DNA of 64,000 nt from Schmidtea polychroa (lineage: Eukaryota). The position numbers and the translations under genes were made by a program. The notes beneath the pieces were generated by a model. The model had not been told where the DNA came from and searched no databases. It worked only from the letters and a program-made list of their open reading frames with translations. Positions 26,924 to 38,034 of this stretch are shown here, piece by piece. The stretch is from positions 234,920,001-234,984,000 of the forward strand of contig CM097885.1 of NCBI GenBank assembly GCA_044892525.1, given 5' to 3'. Within the stretch, counting starts at the first letter, position 1, and every line of letters begins with the position of its first letter.

Positions 26924-29900
26924 ATGAAAACAGGGTATCCAATAAAAAATTTTTTTCTAAAAATGAATTGTAATATTTGCAATAAAGTTTTTAAAAATAA
27001 AACTGGATTAATTTCTCACTTAAAATCGAAAGCTCATTTATTAAAAGAAAATAATCTTAATGATACAAATTCAAAACTTTGTCTTAAATGTCAAGGAAGA
27101 TTTCTACATTCTGGATATAATAAACATTTTGAAAATTGTATCGGGAAAAATAGAGAAATATTTACATGTCCTCATTGTAACTTTTCAACAAAACTAAATT
27201 TCTATTATTTAGAACATATAAAAGAATGTAAAAATAAAAAACAAAATTCTGACGATGAGGAATGTCATTCAGAAGGAGAACCTGATCATGTTGAAAGAGA
27301 AAAATATAACTGGGATAATTTTAATCATATAGATGAATTTCAATTAAAAATTAATGGGCTTGCAACTCCTGGAGAATATATAAATAAAAATAAAAAAAAT
27401 ATTAAAAATTCTTTCACTGAAGCTTTAAAAAATTATAAACCGACAAGGTATAATGTTATAAAATATAAAATTATAATGAAAGCAAAATACTGGCGAGGAG
27501 CAGAAGAAAAGACAACACCCTTAGATGTTGAAATTGGAATACCTTTTAAATATTTATTTTCAATTAAAGGATTTGATAAAACCATCAAAGAAATAATTAA
27601 AGCAGCAGAAGCAAAACAAGAGGAAGTAGAAAATGAATTAGGAGATTCAAACTTAGTATTCAACTCTTTCCAAACTTTAGTGATTGATTATTGGAGAGGA
27701 TTACCACCCAATCCTAAATCTTATATTCCTACACCCTTTAAATCTAAAAATGTTATAAACATACAAAATAATGATAACAAATGTTTCATGTGGTCGATAC
27801 TTGCACATTTACATCCTCAAGAATCAAACCCTCAAAGAGTTTCAAAATACAAACAATATGAAAATGAATTAATATTTCCCAAAGGATTCAAACACCCAAT
27901 GAAACTAGAAGACATTCCAGAATTTGAAAAATTAAATAATCTTAAACTTAATATTTATGAACATGTTATAGGGAAAAAAATTATTCCAATTTATATTTCA
28001 GATAGTGGAACCAAGGATAACGGAGCACAGGACAATGAGATATATCTTTTAATCTTGGAACAACAAAATAATCAACATTATGTTTTAATAAAAAACTTTC
28101 AAGCTTTTACATCACCAGAGAATCCAACTAGTGGAGGAGGAACATGTAAAAGATGTCTTCATTATTCAACAACTAAAAACTCTATGATTAAACATACAAG
28201 ATTTTGTGAAAAAGATGATCCAGCTTTAATTAAAATGCCTAATAATCCCAAGATGTATTTTAAAAACTTTTCAAATTTACTACAAACAGTTGGAGTTCTT
28301 TATGGTGACTTTGAATCTATAAACCATAAACAAGATTTGGTTTATCAATATTTAAAAATAATGGAAAAAAATAAACTCATGGATTTATGGAACTCCTCAG
28401 GAGAGAAGATGAAACCAGAGAGGATGAAAGCCTTTCTAAGAAAAAGAAATAAACCTAATAGTGTTAAAAAACTAAACAATTACCATCTGCTTATAAATTA
28501 TTATTTAAAAGTAATTATCCTGAACTCATAGAATCTAGAGAATATTCAATTCTAGGAGGTACCCCTGAAGAAGTCTTGAATCATTTTACTAAAAATATAA
28601 ATGATCTAGAACATGAAATATTTAAAATATTAAAAACAAACTATCCTCAAAATATTTCTAATCAACAACAACAAGAATATGAAAATACTTCCAACTGTTG
28701 GATGTGTAAACAGAATATTCTTCCTGATGAAAACGTTATAGATCATGATCATTTAAAAAAGGAAAATAATTATCGAGGAGCAGCTCATAAAAATTGCAAT
28801 CTTAATTGCCATACTCCTAAATTTATACCTGTTATATTTCATAATCTTTTTGGATATGACATACATCTATTTATTAAACATTTAGCAGCAAATGCTAAAA
28901 ACTCTTTCAAAGTTATCGGCTTAACAAAGGAAAAATATAAATCAGTTGAATATGGAAAATTAAAATTTATAGACTCGTTAAACTTTCTCCAAATGTCTCT
29001 AGATGCAGTAGCAAAAACAATGAAACCAGAAAATTTTAAAATCACTCGAGAATTCTTGGAAAAAAATAATATTCCTCCAGAAGAATATCCTACATGCTTA
29101 GCAAAAGGAATATATCCTTATGACTATGTTGACTCGTTTGAAAGATATAATGAAACAAGTCTTCCTAACAAAGAAGATTTCTTTTCAAACTTACTACAAT
29201 CAGGGATTACAGATCAAGAATATTCTCGAGCATTAAAAATGTGGGAATTATTCAAGTGTAAAACTTTAGGAGAATATACCAACATGTATTTATCCTTAGA
29301 TGTTTATATTCTAGCAGATTGCTTTGAAGAATTTACAAACTCTTTTGTTCTTAAACCTTATAATTATATAACTGCACCCTCTTTAGCTTGGGATACTATG
29401 TTATATACCATTTGGACTTCAAATATAGAAGATGCTGATAAAATTATAGATCTTTTAACTAACCTCGATATGTTTAACCAAATTAAAACAAACATTAGAG
29501 GAGGAGTCTCTTCAGTAATGGGGAATAGAGAAATAAAAGCTAGAAATGCAATAACTACTAGCCGAAGACTATCTAAACACCCTGATGATCCATATATGAA
29601 AATTAACAATGAGGAATTAAAAGAATTATTAGAAACAATGAAAAATCCTATATTTATACTTTATATAGATGCAACAGCTTTATATTCAGGAATTATGACT
29701 CAATATTTACCAATGAGTGATTTCACTGAAATAGAGAACCCAACAGATGACCTTATGAAAGAAATACTTTCAACATCGAAAGATTCTCCAATAGGTTACT
29801 TTATAGAATGTGACCTCGACTATCCAGATGATATAAAATCAGGAACAAGATATTTTCCTTTAGCTCCCATAAGAAGAAAGATTGATATCAACGAACTTTC

Positions 29901-31242
29901 TGAATGGCAAATCTCACAAGATAAACCTCCAACAATGAAACTTCTTTGTGATCAAACAGATCGAAGGTTTTATCTTTGTCACTATAGACTCCTCCAATTT
30001 TATCTCTCACGAGGAATGATATTAAAAAAAGTTCATAGTGTCATAAGATTTAAACAAGCTCCATTCATGAAAGCTTTTATCGAGGAGAACATTAGGTGTC
30101 GAAACATTGCAAAAAGAGAAGGTAACCTTTTTAAAGATAATAATTATAAAATTTTAAACAATTCAGTATTTGGGAAAACAATGGAGAATGTTGATAAATA
30201 TACTCATATTGAACTCCTAACAAATACTACCAAAGATATTAAGCGTTATAATCGCATGCTAGGAAAGCCTACATTTAAAAACGCACAAGTATTTTCTGAA
30301 AATCTTACTGCAGTAGAATTAAAAAATTATGAGAAAACATATAACAAACCAATATTTATAGGGTTTACAATTTTAGAACTTTCAAAATTACAAATGTATG
30401 AAACATATTATAACATCTTACAACCTATATACGGAGCAAATATATCAATGCATGCAATGGATACAGATTCAATGTTTTTAACAATAAGAACTCATGATTT
30501 ACAAAAAGATATGAAAGAAAATCCTATACTTTCAAATTTAATAAATTCATCTGGAGAACTATTTTCGTTTAAAGATGAAAAACCTTTTACTCCTATAGAA
30601 AATGGAATATTTATTCGTGCTAAACAATATTCATACGAAACATTTAGAAACCCTGAATTTATAACTAGATCATTTATATTTAAAACTCCAGAAACAGAAG
30701 AAACCATTACACATAGATATCCTATATTTCCTAAAGAAGAAAAACCTGTAAAGGATAACAGATGTAAAGGAATACAGAGAGTGGTTGCAAAGAATCTTTC
30801 TCATCAAGATTATATAGATACATTGAATCCAAATCATAAAGATAAAATTGATGAAATACATCAACTTAAAAGTGAAAACCATGATATTCACTTGATAGAA
30901 TCTCAAAAAGTATCATTATCAAATTATGATGATAAGAGATTCATACTAAGTGATTTAAAGACAACTCTACCTATTGGAAATAATTTAATCCCTATAATAA
31001 AAAATCTAGAAAAGTTGAATAAGTTATATGATACAAAGATTACTGATCTTGATATTTATAATGTTGAAATTATTTATCCCGAGAGAGAAATCGAGAAACC
31101 TTTATATTCTCAAGTTTTTAATCCTATATGTTTAGAACTTAAATATTTTAATACTGATCCTGAATATATAAAAGGTCTAAGTGATAAAGAATTTAAAGAT
31201 CATAAATTAATGATTCATAGGTTGGCTTTCAACCATAACTGA
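26924..31242 (+). CDS. Protein-primed family B DNA polymerase (pPolB) with N-terminal zinc fingers; one frameshift at the A-run 28466-28471
   Basis: C2H2 finger, YGDFES (ExoI), DHDH, FHNLFGYD (ExoII), YIDATALY (A), KILNNSVFGK (B), DTDS (C). One extra A joins the 535-aa and 888-aa ORFs. Confidence 0.93.
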
Positions 31243-31336
31243 AACCAACGATATTTAATTTTTTAATAATAAAATGTCGACAATTAATTTAAGCAACTAT
31301 AGCAACCTGATCTACTTTTTTAAAAATACACCCATT

Positions 31337-31936
31337 TTATAAGTAAGAATTCTTTAACCATTTTTCTCGAGATGTTTTTTTATTACTTATAACATTAGCC
31401 ACCATGCCCTCCCTTTTTAATCTTATAACCTCATTCTTTATATCTTGTATTATTTGATTTGATTTCATTATTTCTTCGTCTGTCAGGATTCCATCTTCCA
31501 AAGCTTTTAATTGAAATAAAAATAATTTAGAGATTCCTAATTCTATTGATAAACAAACTTCTCTATATAAACTTTTCTTTTTAGAAGTATAAGATAATGA
31601 AACTATTTCAGTTAAGAAACCATCAGCCACAGAAATACTTCCAAGTATTACAGGTGCAAGAGTAACAACTGGTAAAGTTATGGGTAAAATAACTGTTAAT
31701 ATTGCAGATGCAAATCCTAAAGAATAACCTATAACTTTTAAAACTGTATTCCCTTTATTCCATCTATTTTTAATTTTTTTATAATGCTTTAATAAATCTT
31801 GTAAATGTAAGGTTTCTGATTTAAATTCTTTTACTCTCATAATTTCAAGTTCTGTGGGAGCTGAGGGAGCCTTGGAAGAATAATATCCTGATGATCTCAA
31901 TTCTGGGTAAATTTTTTCTTCTCTTACTTCTTCCAT
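31337..31936 (-). CDS. Polinton accessory membrane protein
   Basis: 199-aa ORF with a long central hydrophobic hairpin, in a tightly packed gene array. Confidence 0.7.
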   Translation of the reverse strand: MEEVREEKIYPELRSSGYYSSKAPSAPTELEIMRVKEFKSETLHLQDLLKHYKKIKNRWNKGNTVLKVIGYSLGFASAILTVILPITLPVVTLAPVILGSISVADGFLTEIVSLSYTSKKKSLYREVCLSIELGISKLFLFQLKALEDGILTDEEIMKSNQIIQDIKNEVIRLKREGMVANVISNKKTSREKWLKNSYL

Positions 31937-31944
31937 TTTAATAA

Positions 31945-32955
31945 TTAAAAAAATAAGACTTTATTCTTCTGAGTACCATCTGGCACCAATACTCGGATAT
32001 CAAAAGAAACTCTTGTTGAGAGGATATCTTTATACAATTCTCTCAATGCTTTACGAACTTCATCAACATCAACCTTTTTTTCATAAAATATTAAATCTAT
32101 ATATTGTACAAGTGAACTAGAAAAATGAATATTCTTACTTTTAACTTTATGTAGTCCATATGAATGAGTATTAACATACCAATCTCCGTGTGGTAAATCA
32201 TAACTAGTCATTATAACATCACCCTTTTCAAGCTTACTATTATAATCACATTTCACAAACCATTTCATTCTTTCATTATCATCATCAAACAAAAAGAAAT
32301 AAGGATCAATAATTTTTACAACCATAAAAACACCCCATTCTTTACTGTTTGTTGTTATTAAACTTGGTTCTATAAAATGTTTATATGTATGGGGTAATAA
32401 TGTTTTATTCTGTTCTAATTCAGCAGCTCTTTTTCTAATACTATGTGTGGTGTTAATGTGTGTTCCATGAGACTCTAAATTTGAAATTCTTTTATTAAAT
32501 GATGTAATCATCTCATTTATTATTTTATATATTGTATTAAATTTAGTATTCATAATTTGTTTATCTTTAGAATTTAATATAGCAGTATTTAACTTTACAA
32601 CTTGTTCAGTTAACAGACTTTGTAACTTGTCAAATTTATCATTAAATCGTTGTTCGATATTATTAAGCTTTGATTCCATTGAATCAATTTTTGTTGTTAA
32701 TGAACTTTCAATTCTTGTTGTTGTTAAATCAGTATATTTTTTAACACCATCTACATATTTCTTATTAACTGCATCAGCTTCATCAGTTGGAAAAGATAAT
32801 TCTTTTATCTTGTGTCCATTTAAAATTAAATCACCCTTCATTGAATCACCTCTTTCATTAATATATTTATTTTCTGTTAAAGTTAATATTTCTTCTGTAT
32901 TAAACCCTGTTTTTATTGTTCCACCACCTCTATTACATGGAATATAAGAACTCAT
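31945..32955 (-). CDS. Putative fibre/spike-like protein
   Basis: GDLILNGHKIKELSFPTDEADAVNKKYVD motif followed by coiled coil and a globular C-terminus; next to the penton gene. Confidence 0.55.
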   Translation of the reverse strand: MSSYIPCNRGGGTIKTGFNTEEILTLTENKYINERGDSMKGDLILNGHKIKELSFPTDEADAVNKKYVDGVKKYTDLTTTRIESSLTTKIDSMESKLNNIEQRFNDKFDKLQSLLTEQVVKLNTAILNSKDKQIMNTKFNTIYKIINEMITSFNKRISNLESHGTHINTTHSIRKRAAELEQNKTLLPHTYKHFIEPSLITTNSKEWGVFMVVKIIDPYFFLFDDDNERMKWFVKCDYNSKLEKGDVIMTSYDLPHGDWYVNTHSYGLHKVKSKNIHFSSSLVQYIDLIFYEKKVDVDEVRKALRELYKDILSTRVSFDIRVLVPDGTQKNKVLFF

Positions 32956-32979
32956 TTATTAATAATTTAAAATGAATCT

Positions 32980-33744
32980 TCAAACCTGTTTCAAATGTAA
33001 ATACATTGAAATCTCTTCTCCATTAAAATCAATCAATTCTCCTTCTTGATTAAGAATTTTAAAATTAATATCCATTATATATTTTCTACATAAAGGTAAA
33101 TAATTTGGAGGATTCATTCTTTCAACTATTTTATATCCCATAGGAACTGTGTTTGAGGGAAAGGAATATAAAACATTTGTTTGTTTACCATTATTATAAG
33201 AACCTGTTTTACAATCACAATGAATATTTATTGTGTTTGTATTTATTATTTTTATAATATTTTCTGATGTTATTATTTTATCTTCTTTTATTGTTATATC
33301 CATAGGTTTAAATCCTAAAACTGTGTGAAAGAAACAATTATCTAAAAAACTAATTTTTATATTCTTCAAAGTCATTACACATTTTGAAGTTGGTATATCC
33401 ATTTTAATTTTAATACCTTCATTTGTTTTTTTAGAAAGTATATCATTTAAATCTTTTATCTCATATGCCCCAGGTTCTATTGTTATAATTTCTGGTTTAT
33501 GCCCATCACGAGTTTGAATAGTAAATTTATTATTATCTTTAGTTATATTAAAAATAGTATTATAAGCACAAAACCATAATAGCCCCAATTCATAATTTAA
33601 ATTTTGATCTAATTTAATTGAATCTTGAAAGTTTATAGTAAACTCTGATTCTTTTGAATTTATAGATAAAGTTCTTGAATATTTATCTGACATTATGTTT
33701 ACCATTTTTTTTAAATTATCTTCCGGAGGGTTGTGAAGCTCCAT
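32980..33744 (-). CDS. Minor capsid protein (penton)
   Basis: F.....I.L....E.GL, NTIFNI..NNKF, I.PG.Y, I.IHCD, LY.F, Y.PL, IDFNGE...LH pattern typical of Polinton mCP. Confidence 0.85.
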   Translation of the reverse strand: MELHNPPEDNLKKMVNIMSDKYSRTLSINSKESEFTINFQDSIKLDQNLNYELGLLWFCAYNTIFNITKDNNKFTIQTRDGHKPEIITIEPGAYEIKDLNDILSKKTNEGIKIKMDIPTSKCVMTLKNIKISFLDNCFFHTVLGFKPMDITIKEDKIITSENIIKIINTNTINIHCDCKTGSYNNGKQTNVLYSFPSNTVPMGYKIVERMNPPNYLPLCRKYIMDINFKILNQEGELIDFNGEEISMYLHLKQV

Positions 33745-33792
33745 TTCTTTAGTAGTAAATTCATATAGTAAAAATCCTTATAGTAAAAATCC

Positions 33793-34257
33793 TTATAGTA
33801 GAGATTCTAGATCATTATAAATTTCTTGAATTATAGATTCAAAATCCTGCGTATGCCCCTTTCCCTCTCCCTTATTCAATCTATACAAAACATATAAACT
33901 TAAAATACCACATATTTTAGTATTCAAAGGTTGAACTTGTAAAGAGTTAAAAGTATAACCATTTGGGGAATCAATCGGAGAACCCCCCAAGAGATAATCT
34001 TCAACTTCTTTAGTAGGTTTAATCCCAAAAGAATCAAAGTAGATAGATTTCTTATATATACAAACCCAATGAGATCCTTTTTCATTTGAATTTTGATAAT
34101 TGATTATTATATTCAGGGGACTCTCCAGACTTGATAATTCATCATTCATTAATATTTTAATTTTTAAATTTAAATAATTTGCATAATCTTTTAAATCAAA
34201 ATTTGTTTTTGCATTTATTCCAAATGTTTTTAAAAAATCTAATATTGAAGGAGTCAT
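33793..34257 (-). CDS. Adenain-like cysteine protease
   Basis: GSHWV, YFDSFG, Q...CG catalytic motifs. Confidence 0.92.
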   Translation of the reverse strand: MTPSILDFLKTFGINAKTNFDLKDYANYLNLKIKILMNDELSSLESPLNIIINYQNSNEKGSHWVCIYKKSIYFDSFGIKPTKEVEDYLLGGSPIDSPNGYTFNSLQVQPLNTKICGILSLYVLYRLNKGEGKGHTQDFESIIQEIYNDLESLL

Positions 34258-34279
34258 TTTGTATTTTAAAACTTCGTAT

Positions 34280-34861
34280 TTATAACTTCGTATACTTATT
34301 AAATTTATCTTTTGAAATTATTCCTTGTTTTAACAAATCTTTAGAAATCTTTAAAATATCAGAATCTAAATTATTATGTCCTGCTTTCCTTGCAGCTAAT
34401 AGTTTTCTTAATTCAATAAAAAGATTGATGGGATTTGGTTTACCACCTTCACTAATTAATCCCTCTCCCTCTGTAACAACATAACCCTTTTCATTTTTAT
34501 TTAAATAATTCTTTAAATCTTGAATATATTTTGCTTTAGAACTAGCTCTTATTAATCTTATTAAATTTAAATATTTTTTAATTTCTTCAACATCATCTGA
34601 AGAATATCCACAAAGTAATCTATAAAAATCATCTGTAAATTCAAAGTCTAAATATTCATTATTATAAACATTTTGTGAATGAATACGTGATTTATTTTCT
34701 GAATTTGAATATAAAGTAAAGTTTTGTTTATTAATTGTTATTATTTGATATCCTTCAGTATTAGTATTAAATGTGGGTCTAATTGAAGGAGGTAAATCAT
34801 CTCTAATTTTAGGATCAACTTTAAGAGGTTTTGTTTTTAAAAACATTTCTTCTTCTTCCAC
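34280..34861 (-). CDS. Polinton conserved hypothetical protein
   Basis: GEGL followed by L..LLAA..AGHN...I...L...GII C-terminal motif common in Polinton ORFs. Confidence 0.65.
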   Translation of the reverse strand: MEEEEMFLKTKPLKVDPKIRDDLPPSIRPTFNTNTEGYQIITINKQNFTLYSNSENKSRIHSQNVYNNEYLDFEFTDDFYRLLCGYSSDDVEEIKKYLNLIRLIRASSKAKYIQDLKNYLNKNEKGYVVTEGEGLISEGGKPNPINLFIELRKLLAARKAGHNNLDSDILKISKDLLKQGIISKDKFNKYTKL

Positions 34862-34894
34862 ATTAGAAATTCTTCTGCGTTTTCTTTGATTTCT

Positions 34895-35161
34895 TTAAGG
34901 ATGGTTTTCACTGGATTCTTTTTCTTTATCCTGCCACTCTAGTTCTTTTATTTTTTGTTTTTTATCTTCTAACTCTTTAAATTTTGCTTGCTCATTGAAA
35001 TCTTCCAACTCTTTTATAGCTTTAATTGTTGGCCCCTGTTGTTGTGTTATTACCTCATTTAATATTATAGATTCAGCATGTTGAGTTGTATCTTTTTTAT
35101 TATATTTATCTTGTTCTGATTGTAATTTTTTTAAAAGTGCTAATCTTTCTTCATATACCAT
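34895..35161 (-). CDS. Small charged coiled-coil protein
   Basis: 88-aa ATG ORF within the co-oriented gene array. Confidence 0.5.
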   Translation of the reverse strand: MVYEERLALLKKLQSEQDKYNKKDTTQHAESIILNEVITQQQGPTIKAIKELEDFNEQAKFKELEDKKQKIKELEWQDKEKESSENHP

Positions 35162-35183
35162 TTTAATGGTATCAAAAATGGTA

Positions 35184-35762
35184 TCATAGTTCGAAGGGCT
35201 TCAAGTATAATCCTTTACCATTTTTAGTTTTACAAAGGCATCCATTCTTTAAAGATTTACATATTTTTTTTAAATCTTCTTTATCTTTTGAAGATAAAGA
35301 TTCAGATGTAGAAATTTGATTTTTTAAAAAATCATTTAAACCTCTACCTTTATAAGGATCAAGATAGAGACCTTTGCCCTGAGACTTTTGCCGACTCCCC
35401 TCATATGGATTAAGATAGAGACCCTTTCCAACGGACACCCCCCCTTTAGCTTGCCCTACCTTCTTCATTGAATCGATTTCAGTTTGTAGTTTTTCTTTTT
35501 CTAGGTCTGTCTTTTGAGATTCTTTAGCTTTTTGAACTGTAGTTGCAATTCCTCCAGCTATTCCAGCAGCACCTGATAAACCAGCAATGATTGCAGGTAT
35601 TAAAGCAGCTAATGGAAGAATGCCACCTTCTTTAGCTTCGTGGAGCTTCGCTCTAACTTGTTCTTTTACATGTTTTCCAATAAAATATTTTTTACCATCA
35701 ATTACTACTGATTTATTTTTATTTGAATTTATTAATTCTTGCAAAGATTCTTCAGTTGTCAT
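35184..35762 (-). CDS. Adenovirus pX/mu-like core protein precursor
   Basis: GGILPLAALIPAIIAGLSGAAGIAGG resembles adenovirus pX GGILPLLIPLIAAAIGA; three GKGLYL.P repeats. Confidence 0.7.
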   Translation of the reverse strand: MTTEESLQELINSNKNKSVVIDGKKYFIGKHVKEQVRAKLHEAKEGGILPLAALIPAIIAGLSGAAGIAGGIATTVQKAKESQKTDLEKEKLQTEIDSMKKVGQAKGGVSVGKGLYLNPYEGSRQKSQGKGLYLDPYKGRGLNDFLKNQISTSESLSSKDKEDLKKICKSLKNGCLCKTKNGKGLYLKPFEL

Positions 35763-35777
35763 TTTATAATAAACAAA

Positions 35778-36584
35778 ATGGATGTACGAAGTCCAATAAT
35801 TTGGAAACCAATTTTAAATAGACATAAGAGTAAATTTAATAATAAAGTATTTCCTGATAATTTTAGATTATTAATTGTTGGTTCTTCTGGATGTGGAAAG
35901 AATGTACTTGTTTTGAGAATGTTACTTGAAGATGATTTTTTAGATTATAATAATTTAATCTTTTATTCTACAACCATAAATCAACCAGAATTACAACTTT
36001 TGAAATGTGGATTTGAAAATAAATTAACTAAAAAAGCAATAATTGATATTTTTAAAAATCAACATAGGTGTCCTGAAGAAGTTTTTCAACCTTGTGATAT
36101 GGTTGATTGGTATAAGGAAAAGATTTTAGAATCAGATATTAGTAATAAAAATGATTATATTTGTGAAGAAGGGCAGGAGGCAATTCAAGTTTTATTCTCT
36201 AATAAACCTGAAGATGTTTTACATTGTGATTTACTTCCTAAAGATAAAAAGAATCTAGTTATATTTGATGATGTTGTTAATATGAAAAATCAAGAGATTC
36301 AAAAGAGTTACTTTACACGAGGTCGACATAATAATTGTAATGTTATTTATATATCTCAAACATATTATGCTTTAGATAAAAATTCAATAAGAAATAATTC
36401 CAATTGTTTTATATTTTTTAAATTAGATCGCCGTGATAAGAATATGATTTATAATGATTTATTTTCAAATGTTGAACCTGATAAGAATATGTTTGATATG
36501 TTTGTTGATAATCATTGGAAAGAAAAATATAATTATATTTATTTGGATAGAGAAGAAGCTGAAATATGGAAAAGTTTGTTTTAG
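35778..36584 (+). CDS. A32/FtsK-HerA packaging ATPase
   Basis: Walker A GSSGCGKN, Walker B LVIFDD, RGRH.N, SQ; first ATG at 35778. Confidence 0.92.
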   Translation: MDVRSPIIWKPILNRHKSKFNNKVFPDNFRLLIVGSSGCGKNVLVLRMLLEDDFLDYNNLIFYSTTINQPELQLLKCGFENKLTKKAIIDIFKNQHRCPEEVFQPCDMVDWYKEKILESDISNKNDYICEEGQEAIQVLFSNKPEDVLHCDLLPKDKKNLVIFDDVVNMKNQEIQKSYFTRGRHNNCNVIYISQTYYALDKNSIRNNSNCFIFFKLDRRDKNMIYNDLFSNVEPDKNMFDMFVDNHWKEKYNYIYLDREEAEIWKSLF

Positions 36585-36595
36585 GGCTTGTCGAC

Positions 36596-38005
36596 TTAAA
36601 AATCTGTTTTCTGTAGTTCATTATTATAAAATCTATTTAATATTTTTTCATTATTTAAATCAAAGATGCTATATGTTATTGGAGTTGTATAATGTATTTT
36701 ATTTATAATAAAAATTTCATTTGTCCATTTTGCTGTGAATCCTTTTTCAAATTTATTTTTATATTTAAATATTCTTACTCGGTCACCAATTTTAAACTTT
36801 GGTTTTTCAATAACATCATTTTCAATATTTACCACTTTAATGGTTTCAGGCTTCATGGAAGCATTTAAAGGTGTTAATTTTATAGAACTATGTACATCAT
36901 TATTATATTCATTTACAATCTTTTGTAACAATTCATTGTTCCATTTTTGTTTTCCAATAGCAGTAAAATATTTCCACATTTTATTTTTTAATGTTCTATT
37001 TAATCTTTCAACTACGACTGCTTTTCCTTCGTTTTCTGTTGAATATAATTTAATATCATTTTCATTTAAAAACTTTGTAAAAACTTTGTTATAAAATTCT
37101 GTTCCTTTATCACACCATAAATATTTTGGGATTCTTTGATTTTCTTCAAATATATTTTCAAATGCTTCTGTAATAGAATATCCTGTTTTATTTTCTAAAC
37201 ATCTTGCAAAAGCAAATCTTGTATATAAATCTATTACAGTTAAAATTATTTTATATTTTTCAGGGTCTGATGATTTGGGCATAAAGACGAAATCTGCAGA
37301 CCATGTTTGATCTTTTTCATGTACTTGAACTTTTAAATATTTTTTATTTTTTCTAAATTCATGGTGTAATTCCTTTGCATATTTTATTTCTGATTCTGTT
37401 GGGGTTAATAAACTAGTCTTGGATATATTCTCGAGGGATCTTTCAGCATCTGCTTGTTCAATAATCTTTTTATTAGCAACATCTTTTGCTTTCCTAGGAA
37501 GTCTTGCACCCATGGCGATCGGACTGTGTCCTAAGCCTATGAAAATCTTACCTTTCATTGCTAATTTAACTAGAGCTCTTTGAATCTTTTCTTGGGTTGA
37601 TGGATTTTGTATATTATTTAAATCATGTATTAAATTAACATCTGCAACATGTCGATCTCTAAGATCTTCTGAATTGTAAGCAATATCATGTTTTAAAGCT
37701 GCTTGATCAATTCTATTTGTTGGTTCTTCTCCTTGTTTGGGATTATTATTTTCATCTAATCTAATATCTAATCTTGTTCCTGGCCCAGTATAATTGTGTT
37801 TAAATAAATGTCTTTCACCTGGATATTTTTCTGTAGTAAAAGGTTTTAATATTGAAGATGTTGTTTTTGAAGATTGCAAATCGCCTCCAGCTCGTGGAAT
37901 TAGGTCACCTACTGTATGTTTTTTAGTTTTAAGATGACTTGCTTTATGATGTCTTGTAACTTGACAATTACAACTTTCACATCTCCAATATTTATTTAAA
38001 GACAT
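36596..38005 (-). CDS. Zn finger - parvovirus-type phospholipase A2 - retroviral-like integrase fusion
   Basis: CESC..H.....H finger; YTGPGT and IDQAALKHDIAY (PLA2); WSAD, CDKGTEF, VERLNRTLK (DDE); KFKIGDRVRI; all in one frame. Confidence 0.9.
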   Translation of the reverse strand: MSLNKYWRCESCNCQVTRHHKASHLKTKKHTVGDLIPRAGGDLQSSKTTSSILKPFTTEKYPGERHLFKHNYTGPGTRLDIRLDENNNPKQGEEPTNRIDQAALKHDIAYNSEDLRDRHVADVNLIHDLNNIQNPSTQEKIQRALVKLAMKGKIFIGLGHSPIAMGARLPRKAKDVANKKIIEQADAERSLENISKTSLLTPTESEIKYAKELHHEFRKNKKYLKVQVHEKDQTWSADFVFMPKSSDPEKYKIILTVIDLYTRFAFARCLENKTGYSITEAFENIFEENQRIPKYLWCDKGTEFYNKVFTKFLNENDIKLYSTENEGKAVVVERLNRTLKNKMWKYFTAIGKQKWNNELLQKIVNEYNNDVHSSIKLTPLNASMKPETIKVVNIENDVIEKPKFKIGDRVRIFKYKNKFEKGFTAKWTNEIFIINKIHYTTPITYSIFDLNNEKILNRFYNNELQKTDF

Positions 38006-38034
38006 TTTAAAATGTTAAAATATCAGGGATTATA

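Noticed and set aside
28460..28480. Programmed -1 frameshift in pPolB
   Set aside because: No proper X XXY YYZ heptamer in frame or obvious downstream structure; a homopolymer indel is simpler.
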